Assembly (NCBI GenBank): GCA_035278345.1
Contig: DATEJC010000577.1
Location: forward strand, 1 to 37,477
Source: Bradyrhizobium sp.
GTDB lineage: Bacteria; Pseudomonadota; Alphaproteobacteria; Rhizobiales; Xanthobacteraceae
Direction of reading: 5' to 3'
DNA: 37,477 nucleotides
Position numbers and translations under genes: made by a program. The notes beneath the pieces are model-generated. The model ran no database searches. It saw nothing but the letters and a program-made list of their open reading frames with translations, and was not told where the DNA came from. Of this stretch, positions 9,468 to 18,431 are shown one piece after another. Each line of letters opens with the position of its first letter. Within the stretch, counting starts at the first letter, position 1.

Positions 9468-9663
9468 ATTGGCTGCGCCAATCTTTCTTCCTTCACGCTG
9501 CGGTCTCGCTGATGCCATCTCGCACAAGCAGATTTTCATCAAACTCGATGCTGCAGCAATGTTGCGCAGTGATGGCCGGACACTGCGCCGTCGCACGAGG
9601 TATCTTCACATAGTCGTGCGCAGAAAAACTTCTCGTTCGGCATCAACAGGTTTGCAGGGGATC

Positions 9664-11427
9664 ATGGAAAATCTTTCAGGATATGCGCATCGTCCGATTC
9701 CCTTCGTGCTGCGCTACCTTCGCAAGCGCAGGGCCGCGCATTTGGTCATATTCGCTGCCGTTGTTCTCGCCGTTGCCTGCTCGGTGGGCACGCAGTACGG
9801 CGTGAAGAACCTCGTCGACCACCTCACTGCCGGGCCGTCCCACGCAAACGGCGTATGGCTGGCATTCATCATTCTCATATCGCTGATCGCGGCCGACAAT
9901 TTTCTGTGGCGGGTTGCCAGCTGGATCGCGAGTTTCACGTTTGTCGGCGTCACCGGCGACCTCAGGCGCGACCTGTTCCGCCATCTCACCGGTCACGCTC
10001 CCAGCTATTTCTCCGACCGTCTGCCGGGCATGTTGACCAGCCGCATCACGGCGACGTCGAACGCGGTCTTCACGGTTGAAAACATGATGATATGGAACGT
10101 GATGCCGCCCTGCATCGCGACCATTTCCGCGCTCCTGCTGATTGGAACCGTCAGCCCGGCGATGTCGGCAGGGCTGATTGCGATTGCCTGCGTCATGGTG
10201 TTCGCGATGTTTCGTTTCGCGGCGGCGGGCAAGCCGCTGCACGACGATTTTGCGAGCAAGGCCGCCGCGGTGGATGGCGAGATGGTCGACGTCATCAACA
10301 ACATGCCGCTGGTGCGCGCATTCGGCGGCTTCGGACACGAGCACGACAGGTTCGACTCCACGGTGGGCCGGGAACTCACGGCGCGCGGGCGCAGCTTGCG
10401 CTATCTGGAAAAACTCCGGCTGGCTCACGCTGGCGTCACGGTTCTGCTGACGATTGCGCTGTTGTCCTGGGCCGTCTCGCTGTGGCAGCGCGGCCAGGCG
10501 ACCACGGGCGACGTCGTTCTAGTCTGCACGCTCGGTCTTGCCATCCTCAGCGCCACCCGCGACCTCGCGGTGGCGCTCGTCGATGTCACCCAGCACTTCG
10601 CGCGTCTCACCGAAGCGGTCGCGACATTGCTGCAGCCGCATGAACTGATCGACCATCCCGAAGCTTCGCCGCTGCAGAAGCGCGGCGCATCCATCGCGTT
10701 CAGCAATGTTTCCTTCCGCTATCCGAATGGAGCGCATGTCTTCGACAAGTTCAGCCTGCGCATCCCGCCGGGGCAGAAGGTCGGGCTGGTCGGCCGGTCC
10801 GGCGGCGGCAAATCCACCGTGTTTGCCCTGCTGCAACGGTTCTATGACGTTCAGCACGGCACCATCGCCATCGACGGCCAGGACATCTCGAAGGTCACCC
10901 AGCACAGCCTGCGCGAGGCGATCTCCGTGGTGCCGCAGGACATCTCGCTGTTCCACCGCTCGATCATGGAGAACATCCGTTATGGCCGGCCCGATGCCAC
11001 CGATGCGGAGGTGCTGGAGGCCGCGATTGCCGCACGCTGCGATTTCATCGAGCATCTGCCGCAGGGCATGACGACCATCGTCGGCGACCGCGGCATCAAG
11101 CTGTCGGGCGGTCAGCGCCAGCGCATCGCCATCGCACGCGCCTTCCTGAAGGACGCGCCGATCCTGCTGCTGGATGAGGCGACGGCGGCGCTCGATACCG
11201 AGTCCGAGGAGGCGATCCGCGAGGCGCTGTCACTGCTGGTGCGCGGACGGACGGTGATTGCGATCGCGCATAGGCTGGCAACGCTGCGCAATTTCGACCG
11301 CGTTGTAATGCTGCAGGGGGGCAAGATCCTCGAGGATGGCCCGCCCGACGTCCTGCTGCGGGGCAGGGGGCCTTACCGCGAATTGGTCACCCGCGAGATG
11401 GGCCGCCTCGCCGTGAATGCGGCCTGA
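9664..11427 (+). CDS. ABC exporter, fused permease/ATPase (MsbA/NdvA-like architecture)
   Basis: N-terminal TM helices; Walker A GRSGGGKST, signature LSGGQRQR, Walker B LLLDEATAALD. Start placed at MENLS after GGGGA. Confidence 0.9.
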   Translation: MENLSGYAHRPIPFVLRYLRKRRAAHLVIFAAVVLAVACSVGTQYGVKNLVDHLTAGPSHANGVWLAFIILISLIAADNFLWRVASWIASFTFVGVTGDLRRDLFRHLTGHAPSYFSDRLPGMLTSRITATSNAVFTVENMMIWNVMPPCIATISALLLIGTVSPAMSAGLIAIACVMVFAMFRFAAAGKPLHDDFASKAAAVDGEMVDVINNMPLVRAFGGFGHEHDRFDSTVGRELTARGRSLRYLEKLRLAHAGVTVLLTIALLSWAVSLWQRGQATTGDVVLVCTLGLAILSATRDLAVALVDVTQHFARLTEAVATLLQPHELIDHPEASPLQKRGASIAFSNVSFRYPNGAHVFDKFSLRIPPGQKVGLVGRSGGGKSTVFALLQRFYDVQHGTIAIDGQDISKVTQHSLREAISVVPQDISLFHRSIMENIRYGRPDATDAEVLEAAIAARCDFIEHLPQGMTTIVGDRGIKLSGGQRQRIAIARAFLKDAPILLLDEATAALDTESEEAIREALSLLVRGRTVIAIAHRLATLRNFDRVVMLQGGKILEDGPPDVLLRGRGPYRELVTREMGRLAVNAA

Positions 11428-11478
11428 TGTGCCGGCGGTGCGTGTTGCGTTGGGACTGATCAACCGCTCGAGGTTGCG

Positions 11479-13671
11479 ATGGCATCAGAACTCGTAAGCC
11501 AGCTTCGCCCGGTCGAACAGGCAACGGAGTCGCCGTTCTATATCCCGATGACGGGACCGGCGACGCGTCCCCGGCGTTCGCTGAAACATGACGACACATT
11601 CATAGTCCTCGACAGCCATGGCGATATCGGCGCCTCCGCCGGCGGTCCGGACGGGCTGTTCAATGCCGACACCCGCTATCTCGCCCGGCTCGAGATGATG
11701 CTGGACGACGTTCAGCCGCTGTTGCTCGGCTCCAATTTGCGCGATGACAATTCGGCGCTGACTGTCGATCTCACCAACTCCGACGTCTATCGCAACGGCC
11801 GTCTGATGCTGCAGAAGGACACGCTGCACATCGTGCGATCGATCTTCCTGTGGCGCGGCACGGCCTATCAGCGGATCGGCGTGCAGAATCATGGCGACAG
11901 CCCGGCGCATTTCGATCTTACACTGTTGTTTGACAATGATTTCGCCGACCTCTTCGAGGTGCGGGGCGAGCGGCGGCCAAAGCGCGGCGTGGGCACGAGC
12001 AAGCTGTCTGGGCCGACCGATGTCGTGCTGGAGTACCGCGGGCTCGACGGCCAGGGGCGGTTCACCGTCCTGCATTTCGATCCGCGGCCGACGCGGCTCT
12101 CGGTGAATGCCGCGACCTATCATTTCGATCTCGACCCGAAACGGACCATCTCGCTGTCCATCGCCATCTCCTGCAACAGGCCGTTTACCGGCAGATCGGT
12201 GCCGTTCTTCCGCGGCTTGCTGGCGCATCGGCGCGAGATGCGCCTTCAGACCGCAGGCGCCGCCACCGTCGAGACCTCCAACAACATCTTCAACGAGGTA
12301 CTCAGCCAGGCAATGGCCGATCTCAACATGCTGATGACGGACACCCCGCAGGGCCGTTATCCCTATGCCGGGATTCCCTGGTACTCGACGACCTTCGGCC
12401 GCGACGGCCTGATCACGGCATTGCAAATGCTGTGGATCGACCCGCGCATCGCCGCCGGCGTGCTGCGCCGGCTTGCCTATTTCCAGGCCCAAGCCACCGA
12501 TCCGCTTGCGGACGCCGAGCCCGGCAAGATCCTGCATGAGATGCGGGGCGGCGAAATGGCCGCGCTCCGTGAAGTGCCGTTTGCGAAGTACTACGGCAGC
12601 GTCGACTCCACGGCGCTGTTCGTCCTGCTGGCAGGACTCTATGTCGAGCGCACGGGCGATGAGGAATTGCTCGCCGAGCTATGGCCCGCGATCGAGGCGG
12701 CGCTGCAATGGATCGATGGGCCCGGTGATCCCGATGATGACGGCTTTATCGAGTACCGCCGCGCCAGCGAACTGGGACTCGCCAATCAGGGCTGGAAAGA
12801 TTCCTTCGACGCGATCTTCCATGCCGACGGCAGGCTCGCCGAAGGTCACATCGCGCTCGCCGAGGTGCAGGGCTACGTATTCGCCGCGAAGCGGCTGGCG
12901 GCACGTTGCGCCTGGCGCCTGGGGCGTCTCGACATGGTGCGAAAGCTGGAGGCGGAAGCGCAGCAGTTAGCCGAGCGGTTCGAGGCGGCGTTCTGGTGCG
13001 AGGAACTCGGCACCTATGCGCTGGCGCTCGACGGCGCCAAAGAGCAATGCCGGGTACGCTCCTCCAACGCTGGACAACTGCTGTTCACGGGCATCGTGCG
13101 CGAGGACCGGGCGCGGCTGGTTGCTGCCGATCTCATGAGCCAGCGCTTCTTTTCCGGCTGGGGCATTCGCACCATCGCGTCGAGCGAGGCGCGCTACAAT
13201 CCGATGTCCTATCACAACGGCTCGATCTGGCCGCACGACAATGCGCTGATTGCGCTTGGTTTCGCCCGCTATGGCCTCAAGCATTCGGTGGCCCATCTGT
13301 TCGAGGGCATGTTCGATACCGCAAGCTACATGGACCTGCGGCGGCTGCCCGAACTGTTCTGCGGCTTCCGGCGCGAGCGCAAGCGTGGCCCCGTGCTCTA
13401 TCCCGTCGCCTGCGCGCCGCAGGCCTGGGCGAGCGGCGCGGCTTTCACCATGCTGGAGGCGGCGCTCGGTCTCGAATTCGATGCGGCCCGCGGCGAGATC
13501 CGCCTGCGCGATCCGCGCCTGCCGGCGTTCCTCAACGAGGTGGTGCTGCGCGATCTCAAGCTCGGCGCATCCAGTGTCGATTTGCGCCTGCGCCGCCACG
13601 GCGAGGAAGTTTCGCTCGAGGTGTTGCGCACGCGTGGCCAGATTCAGGTGTCGATCGTGCTGACGCACTGA
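11479..13671 (+). CDS. Amylo-alpha-1,6-glucosidase / glycogen-debranching-like glycoside hydrolase
   Basis: YAGIPWYSTTFGRD, EPGKILHE, YYGSVDST, NQGWKDS, YHNGSIWPHDN and YPVACAPQAWA motifs. Confidence 0.85.
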   Translation: MASELVSQLRPVEQATESPFYIPMTGPATRPRRSLKHDDTFIVLDSHGDIGASAGGPDGLFNADTRYLARLEMMLDDVQPLLLGSNLRDDNSALTVDLTNSDVYRNGRLMLQKDTLHIVRSIFLWRGTAYQRIGVQNHGDSPAHFDLTLLFDNDFADLFEVRGERRPKRGVGTSKLSGPTDVVLEYRGLDGQGRFTVLHFDPRPTRLSVNAATYHFDLDPKRTISLSIAISCNRPFTGRSVPFFRGLLAHRREMRLQTAGAATVETSNNIFNEVLSQAMADLNMLMTDTPQGRYPYAGIPWYSTTFGRDGLITALQMLWIDPRIAAGVLRRLAYFQAQATDPLADAEPGKILHEMRGGEMAALREVPFAKYYGSVDSTALFVLLAGLYVERTGDEELLAELWPAIEAALQWIDGPGDPDDDGFIEYRRASELGLANQGWKDSFDAIFHADGRLAEGHIALAEVQGYVFAAKRLAARCAWRLGRLDMVRKLEAEAQQLAERFEAAFWCEELGTYALALDGAKEQCRVRSSNAGQLLFTGIVREDRARLVAADLMSQRFFSGWGIRTIASSEARYNPMSYHNGSIWPHDNALIALGFARYGLKHSVAHLFEGMFDTASYMDLRRLPELFCGFRRERKRGPVLYPVACAPQAWASGAAFTMLEAALGLEFDAARGEIRLRDPRLPAFLNEVVLRDLKLGASSVDLRLRRHGEEVSLEVLRTRGQIQVSIVLTH

Positions 13672-13705
13672 CGTGGCGCGATCTTCGAAGATGAGGGGAA
13701 AGCAC

Positions 13706-14194
13706 ATGCGCGAAAGATGGTTTGTTGCCGTGCTGGCCGTGGCGCTTGCCATGTCCGCCGGTGTATGGGCGCAGGGCGAGACGGCCGGACGCAGCACGGC
13801 ACAGGATGTGCCGAAGCAGGACGCTCCGAAGGAGGCGAAGCCGCCGGTCTCCGTCACCGTGATCGGGGCGCGCGACGCGCACGGCATCCTTGGCCGCGAA
13901 GTTCGCAGCGCCAACGACGAGAACATGGGCCGCATCGTCGATGTCATCGTCGATCGCGAAGGCATGGTTCGCGCGGCGGTGATCGATTTCGGCGGGTTCC
14001 TCGGCGTCGGCAGCCGCAAGATCGTCGTCGACTGGCGCGCGCTTCGCTTCGGCGCCATCGCCAACAAGAGCGACAGCATCTCGCTGGAACTGACCAAGGA
14101 GCAGGTGAGCAAGGCGCCCGAGTACAAGGAGGATCAGCCGGTAATCGTGCTTGGCGCCGCCGGGAGCCTGCAGCCCTGGGAATTCGATCACTAG
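13706..14194 (+). CDS. Exported PRC-barrel domain protein
   Basis: Signal peptide MRERWFVAVLAVALAMSAGVWA; GREVRSANDENMGRIVDVIVD...AVIDFGGFLGVGSRKIVVDW. Confidence 0.85.
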   Translation: MRERWFVAVLAVALAMSAGVWAQGETAGRSTAQDVPKQDAPKEAKPPVSVTVIGARDAHGILGREVRSANDENMGRIVDVIVDREGMVRAAVIDFGGFLGVGSRKIVVDWRALRFGAIANKSDSISLELTKEQVSKAPEYKEDQPVIVLGAAGSLQPWEFDH

Positions 14195-14209
14195 GGGGGC
14201 TGCGATCTG

Positions 14210-15505
14210 GTGGCGCATTCGTTCCATTCGATCGCAAAGGATGATGGCGACCGTCGCAGGCGGCCGTCGCACGATAATATTGTGCCGCTTCCGGTCCCCG
14301 TCAGGGCGCCGCCATCGCAGCAGAGCCAGCGCGGCCTCGACTGGTTCATCTTCTTCCTTGCCGACGTCCAGACCGGTTTCGGTCCCTTCATCGCAGTCTA
14401 CCTGACCACGCAGAAATGGACCCAGGTCGAGATCGGCATCGTGCTTTCGATCGGCGGCATCATCGGCCTGCTCGGGCAGATGCCGGGCGGGGCGATCGTC
14501 GATGCCGCGCGTTCGGAGCGCGTGGTGGCGGGCTTTGCCGTGGCCGCGATCGGCATGAGCGCACTGGCCTATGCGTTGTGGCCGATCTTTCCCGTGGTGA
14601 CGGCTGCGGCGGTCCTGCATGCGATGGCGAGCTGTGTGCTGGGACCGGCGATCGCGGCGATCAGCCTTGGTCTGGTCGGCCCGCTCGCGATCGGCGAACG
14701 GCTCGGCCGCAATGCGCGCTTCGCCTCGCTCGGCAACGGCTCGGCAGCCGCACTCATGGGCGCAGCCGGTTACTACATCTCCAATCGCTCCGTGTTTCTC
14801 GTCACGTTTCTCCTGGCCATTCCGACCTTGCTGGCGCTCTGGCGCATCCGCGAGCGGGAGATCGACATCGTGCAGGCGCACGGCGCCATTCCGCGCGAGG
14901 CCCCGGATGAAAAAGCGACCAGCGTCTTCACGCTGATCCGGCAGAAACCGCTGCTGATCTTTGCGGCCAGCATCCTGCTGCTGCAGCTCGCCAATGCGGC
15001 GATGTTGCCGATCATGGCGGGCGTCGTCACCACGCGGTCGAGCCAATGGGCGCCGGTTCTGATCGCGGCGTGCATCATCGTGCCGCAAGCGATCGTGGCG
15101 CTGATGTCGCCGACTGTGGGGCGCAAGGCGCAGGCATGGGGCAGGCGGCCGATACTGCTGATCGGCTTCGGCGCGCTGGCAATCCGCGGCATCCTGTTCG
15201 CGACGGTGACCGATCCGTTCCTGCTGGTCGCCGTGCAGATATTCGACGGCATCACGGCAGCGGTGTTTGCCGTGATGGTGCCGCTGATCGTCGCCGACGT
15301 CGCCTTTGGCAGCGGGCATTTCAATCTGGCGCTGGGCATCATCGGCACCGCAACGGGCATCGGTGCTTCGCTTAGCACCGTGCTTGCAGGCTACATCACC
15401 GACAAGTTCGGCAGCAGCGTCGCGTTCCTCGGCCTTGCCGGCGTCGCGGCAACCGGGTTGCTGCTGATCCTGCTGATCATGCCGGAGACACGGCGGACGG
15501 CTTAG
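14210..15505 (+). CDS. MFS transporter
   Basis: About 12 hydrophobic segments; GAIVDAARSER and GRKAQAWGRR loop motifs. GTG start uncertain. Confidence 0.85.
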   Translation: MAHSFHSIAKDDGDRRRRPSHDNIVPLPVPVRAPPSQQSQRGLDWFIFFLADVQTGFGPFIAVYLTTQKWTQVEIGIVLSIGGIIGLLGQMPGGAIVDAARSERVVAGFAVAAIGMSALAYALWPIFPVVTAAAVLHAMASCVLGPAIAAISLGLVGPLAIGERLGRNARFASLGNGSAAALMGAAGYYISNRSVFLVTFLLAIPTLLALWRIREREIDIVQAHGAIPREAPDEKATSVFTLIRQKPLLIFAASILLLQLANAAMLPIMAGVVTTRSSQWAPVLIAACIIVPQAIVALMSPTVGRKAQAWGRRPILLIGFGALAIRGILFATVTDPFLLVAVQIFDGITAAVFAVMVPLIVADVAFGSGHFNLALGIIGTATGIGASLSTVLAGYITDKFGSSVAFLGLAGVAATGLLLILLIMPETRRTA

Positions 15506-16929
15506 GCAGCAAGTCGCGGCGCCGCAAGCTTGCGATAGAGCGTGCTGTAGCTGGCCGCGGAAAGTTCCCAACTGTAGGATTTCGCCATCGCGCGGCGCCG
15601 CATGGCGTCCAGGCGGTCCTTGGCGTTGAACGCGGAGAAGGCGCGGCGGACGCTCCCGATGAACGAATCCATCGATGGCTTGTCGAACAGGAAACCCGTC
15701 TCGCCGTCCGTGATGGTTTCTGCAAGGCCGCCGGTCTGGTGGCCGATCGGCAGCGATCCGAAGCGCTGTGCATACATCTGGCTCAAGCCGCAGGGCTCGA
15801 AGCGCGAGGGCATCAGCGTGAAATCGCTGCCGGCGAAAATGCGGCGCGCTTGCGCGTCGTTGAAGCCGATGGTGACGCCGACTGATTCGGGGCGACGCCT
15901 GTGCGCCTCGACCAGCGCCTGCTCGAGGGCCGGCTCGCCGCTTCCCGTCACGACGATCTGTCCGCCCGAACCGATGATCTCATCGGCGGCCGCAAGCACG
16001 AGGTCAATGCCTTTCTGATGAACCAGGCGCGCAACGAGGCCAAACAGCGGCCCGCGCGACACCGCGAGCCCGAACTGCTTGCGGACATAATCCGCGTTGG
16101 CCCGCTTGCCCAGCCAGTCACCGGCGCCGAACTGCTGGGCCAATTGCGGACAGATCCGGGGATCCCAGGTCTCATCGATGCCGTTGAGAATGCCGGTCAG
16201 TTGCTCGTCATTGGATCGCTTGCTCAGCAAGCCTTCGAGGCCGCATCCAAGCTCTGGCGTGGTGATTTCCTTCGCGTAGGTGGCGCTGACTGTGGTGAGA
16301 TGCGAAGCGAAAACCAGGCCGCCTTTGAGAAAGGACAGCTTGTCGTAGAATTCGAGTCCGTCGATATTGAAGGAGTCTTCCGGCGCACCGATCCGCCGCA
16401 GCGAATCCCGCGGGAACAGGCCTTGATAGGCCAGATTGTGGATGGTCAGGATCGAGGGCGTCGTGGCGCCCTTCCAGGCGAGGTAGGCGGGGACGAGCGC
16501 GGCTTGCCAGTCATTGGCATGGACGAGATCGGCTGCCCAATCCTTGTCCACCATGCCCATCGCAAGTTCGGCGGCAGCCGAGGCAAGCCGCGCAAATCTG
16601 ATGTCGTTGTCGGACCAGTCGAGGCCGGCTTCGTCGCCATAGGGCGTGCCCGGCCGGTCGTAGAGCTCTGCACATAACAGCACATAGACCGGCAGGCCAT
16701 CGCGGGCCGCCGCACGTCCGATCGAGCAGGCCGGCATCTCCGCCAGCGCGGCGCATTGTCCAACGATTTCAATATGAGTGAGTTGCTCGATGACGTCGCG
16801 ATAGCCCGGCAGCATGATCCGGACATCGCTCCACGTGCGCAACGCCCGGGGTAGCGCCGCCGAGACGGCGGCAAGTCCGCCAACCCGGACGAAGTCGTCC
16901 ATTTCGGTCGTGACGAACAGAACCCTCAA
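15502..16929 (-). CDS. glgA: Glycogen synthase (GT5), atypical second-copy type
   Basis: HANDWQ, LTIHNLAYQG, GILNGID, ARLVHQKG and MPSRFEPCGLSQMYA motifs; N-terminal motif RVGGLAAV; TTG start after GAGGG. Confidence 0.9.
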   Translation of the reverse strand: MRVLFVTTEMDDFVRVGGLAAVSAALPRALRTWSDVRIMLPGYRDVIEQLTHIEIVGQCAALAEMPACSIGRAAARDGLPVYVLLCAELYDRPGTPYGDEAGLDWSDNDIRFARLASAAAELAMGMVDKDWAADLVHANDWQAALVPAYLAWKGATTPSILTIHNLAYQGLFPRDSLRRIGAPEDSFNIDGLEFYDKLSFLKGGLVFASHLTTVSATYAKEITTPELGCGLEGLLSKRSNDEQLTGILNGIDETWDPRICPQLAQQFGAGDWLGKRANADYVRKQFGLAVSRGPLFGLVARLVHQKGIDLVLAAADEIIGSGGQIVVTGSGEPALEQALVEAHRRRPESVGVTIGFNDAQARRIFAGSDFTLMPSRFEPCGLSQMYAQRFGSLPIGHQTGGLAETITDGETGFLFDKPSMDSFIGSVRRAFSAFNAKDRLDAMRRRAMAKSYSWELSAASYSTLYRKLAAPRLAA

Positions 16930-16995
16930 GATGCCCTCGAACTGACCCTCCGCAGCAGGCTATGCAAAATCGGGTCCAGTTTTGCCCGATGCGCC

Positions 16996-17020
16996 AATGC
17001 GCATGGGGCCGTGTGGTTCC
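16996..17020 (-). promoter_or_regulatory. Putative sigma-EcfG promoter for glgA
   Basis: Minus strand GGAAC-CACACGGCCCCATGCG-CATT (N16), about 65 nt upstream of the start. Confidence 0.6.
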
Positions 17021-17099
17021 AATTCGAAGCTTTCCCGGAGCAGCGTCACCCATTAGGTTCGCCCGCAACTGGAAGCGCGATGCGACGTCGGGAGCTGAA

Positions 17100-18305
17100 A
17101 TGAGTGTAGCCGGGCAGGGTGAGGGAAATTTGACAGGCAGCTTTAGCGGCCTGCGCGTGCTCGATTTTTCGACGACCATCGCCGGGCCGCATTGCACGCG
17201 CATGCTGGCCGATACGGGCGCCGAGGTCATCAAGATCGAGACCGCCGAAGGCGAGACCATGCGGACCCGCCCGCCGGTGCGCAACCATTGCAGCACCGCC
17301 TTCGGTCAGCTCAACGTCGGCAAGAACAGCATGGTGCTCGACCTGAAATCGCCCGCGGGCGTCGAGGCCATACGCCGCCTGGTCGCGACCGCGGACGTGC
17401 TGGTGGAGAATTTCCGACCCGGCGTGATGAAGCGGCTGAAGCTCGATTACGACCAGCTGCGCGCGCTCAATCCAAGGCTGATCTATTGCTCGATCTCCGG
17501 CTACGGCCAGACCGGGCCATCGGCGGAGTTGCCGGCCTATGCGCCGGTCATTCACGCCGCTTCCGGCTACGAGATGGCGCATCTGGCCTATCAGCCGGGC
17601 CGCTCGCGGCCGGATTATTGCGGCATCTACCATGCAGACGTGCTGACCGGCGTCTACGCCTTTGGCGCGATCTCGGCTGCGCTGTATCAGCGCCACGCAA
17701 CGGGGCAGGGCCAGCACATCGACGTGTCGATGCTGGAATCCATGTTGAGCCTGACGCTGAACGAGCTGCAGTGGTCGCAGTTTGAGGTCAAGCCGACGCA
17801 GCGGCCGATGTTCGGACCGATCGAGACCAGCGACGGCTATGTGATGGTTGCGATTGCCAGCGAAAAAACTTTCCAGAACCTGATGCAGGTGATCGGCCGT
17901 CCCGAATGGGTCAGCGATCCGCGCTTTGCCAAATATGCTGACCGGCGCGAGAACTGGGCCAAGCTCATGGACGGGGTCGAGGTCTGGTCGCGCTCCGTGA
18001 GCACGGCACAATGCCTTGCGGCGCTGAACGCGGAAGGCGTGCCTTCGTCGGCGTACCGCACCGTCAAAGAGGCGCTCGCCGATCCGCAAATAGCCCATCG
18101 CGGCGCGCTGGCGGAAGTCGAGGATGGCGGCGGAACATTCAAGGTGCTCAACCTGCCGTTCCGCATGTCCGGCGCAAAGGTTTCCACTGCAAGGAAGATG
18201 TCGACGCTCGGTGAGCACACGAGGGCCTATCTGAAGGAGGCCGGGCTTTCCGAGGACGATATCGCCGCATTTGCGGAACAGCCGGTGGCCGCCGCACGCC
18301 GCTGA
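17100..18305 (+). CDS. Family III CoA-transferase (CaiB/BaiF)
   Basis: GLRVLDFSTTIAGP, GAEVIKIE, ADVLVENFRPG and LIYCSISGYGQTGP motifs; catalytic Asp in HADVLTG. Confidence 0.92.
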   Translation: MSVAGQGEGNLTGSFSGLRVLDFSTTIAGPHCTRMLADTGAEVIKIETAEGETMRTRPPVRNHCSTAFGQLNVGKNSMVLDLKSPAGVEAIRRLVATADVLVENFRPGVMKRLKLDYDQLRALNPRLIYCSISGYGQTGPSAELPAYAPVIHAASGYEMAHLAYQPGRSRPDYCGIYHADVLTGVYAFGAISAALYQRHATGQGQHIDVSMLESMLSLTLNELQWSQFEVKPTQRPMFGPIETSDGYVMVAIASEKTFQNLMQVIGRPEWVSDPRFAKYADRRENWAKLMDGVEVWSRSVSTAQCLAALNAEGVPSSAYRTVKEALADPQIAHRGALAEVEDGGGTFKVLNLPFRMSGAKVSTARKMSTLGEHTRAYLKEAGLSEDDIAAFAEQPVAAARR

Positions 18306-18431
18306 CGCGGCTGCGGCTTTTCATCCCGCGGGTCGAGTTGCGGGCTTGCAGCCGCGCGCATTTCCCGTCAATCTGACAAGACGTCGTTTACGATCCGGAA
18401 TACCGGACGGACGCTTTGGAGGGAGGAAACC

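Noticed and set aside
11453-11476. GGGAC-N16-GTT as an internal EcfG promoter before the hydrolase
   Set aside because: The -35 box is mismatched, the spacing is one base short, and the -10 box overlaps the RBS region only a few nt from the ATG.
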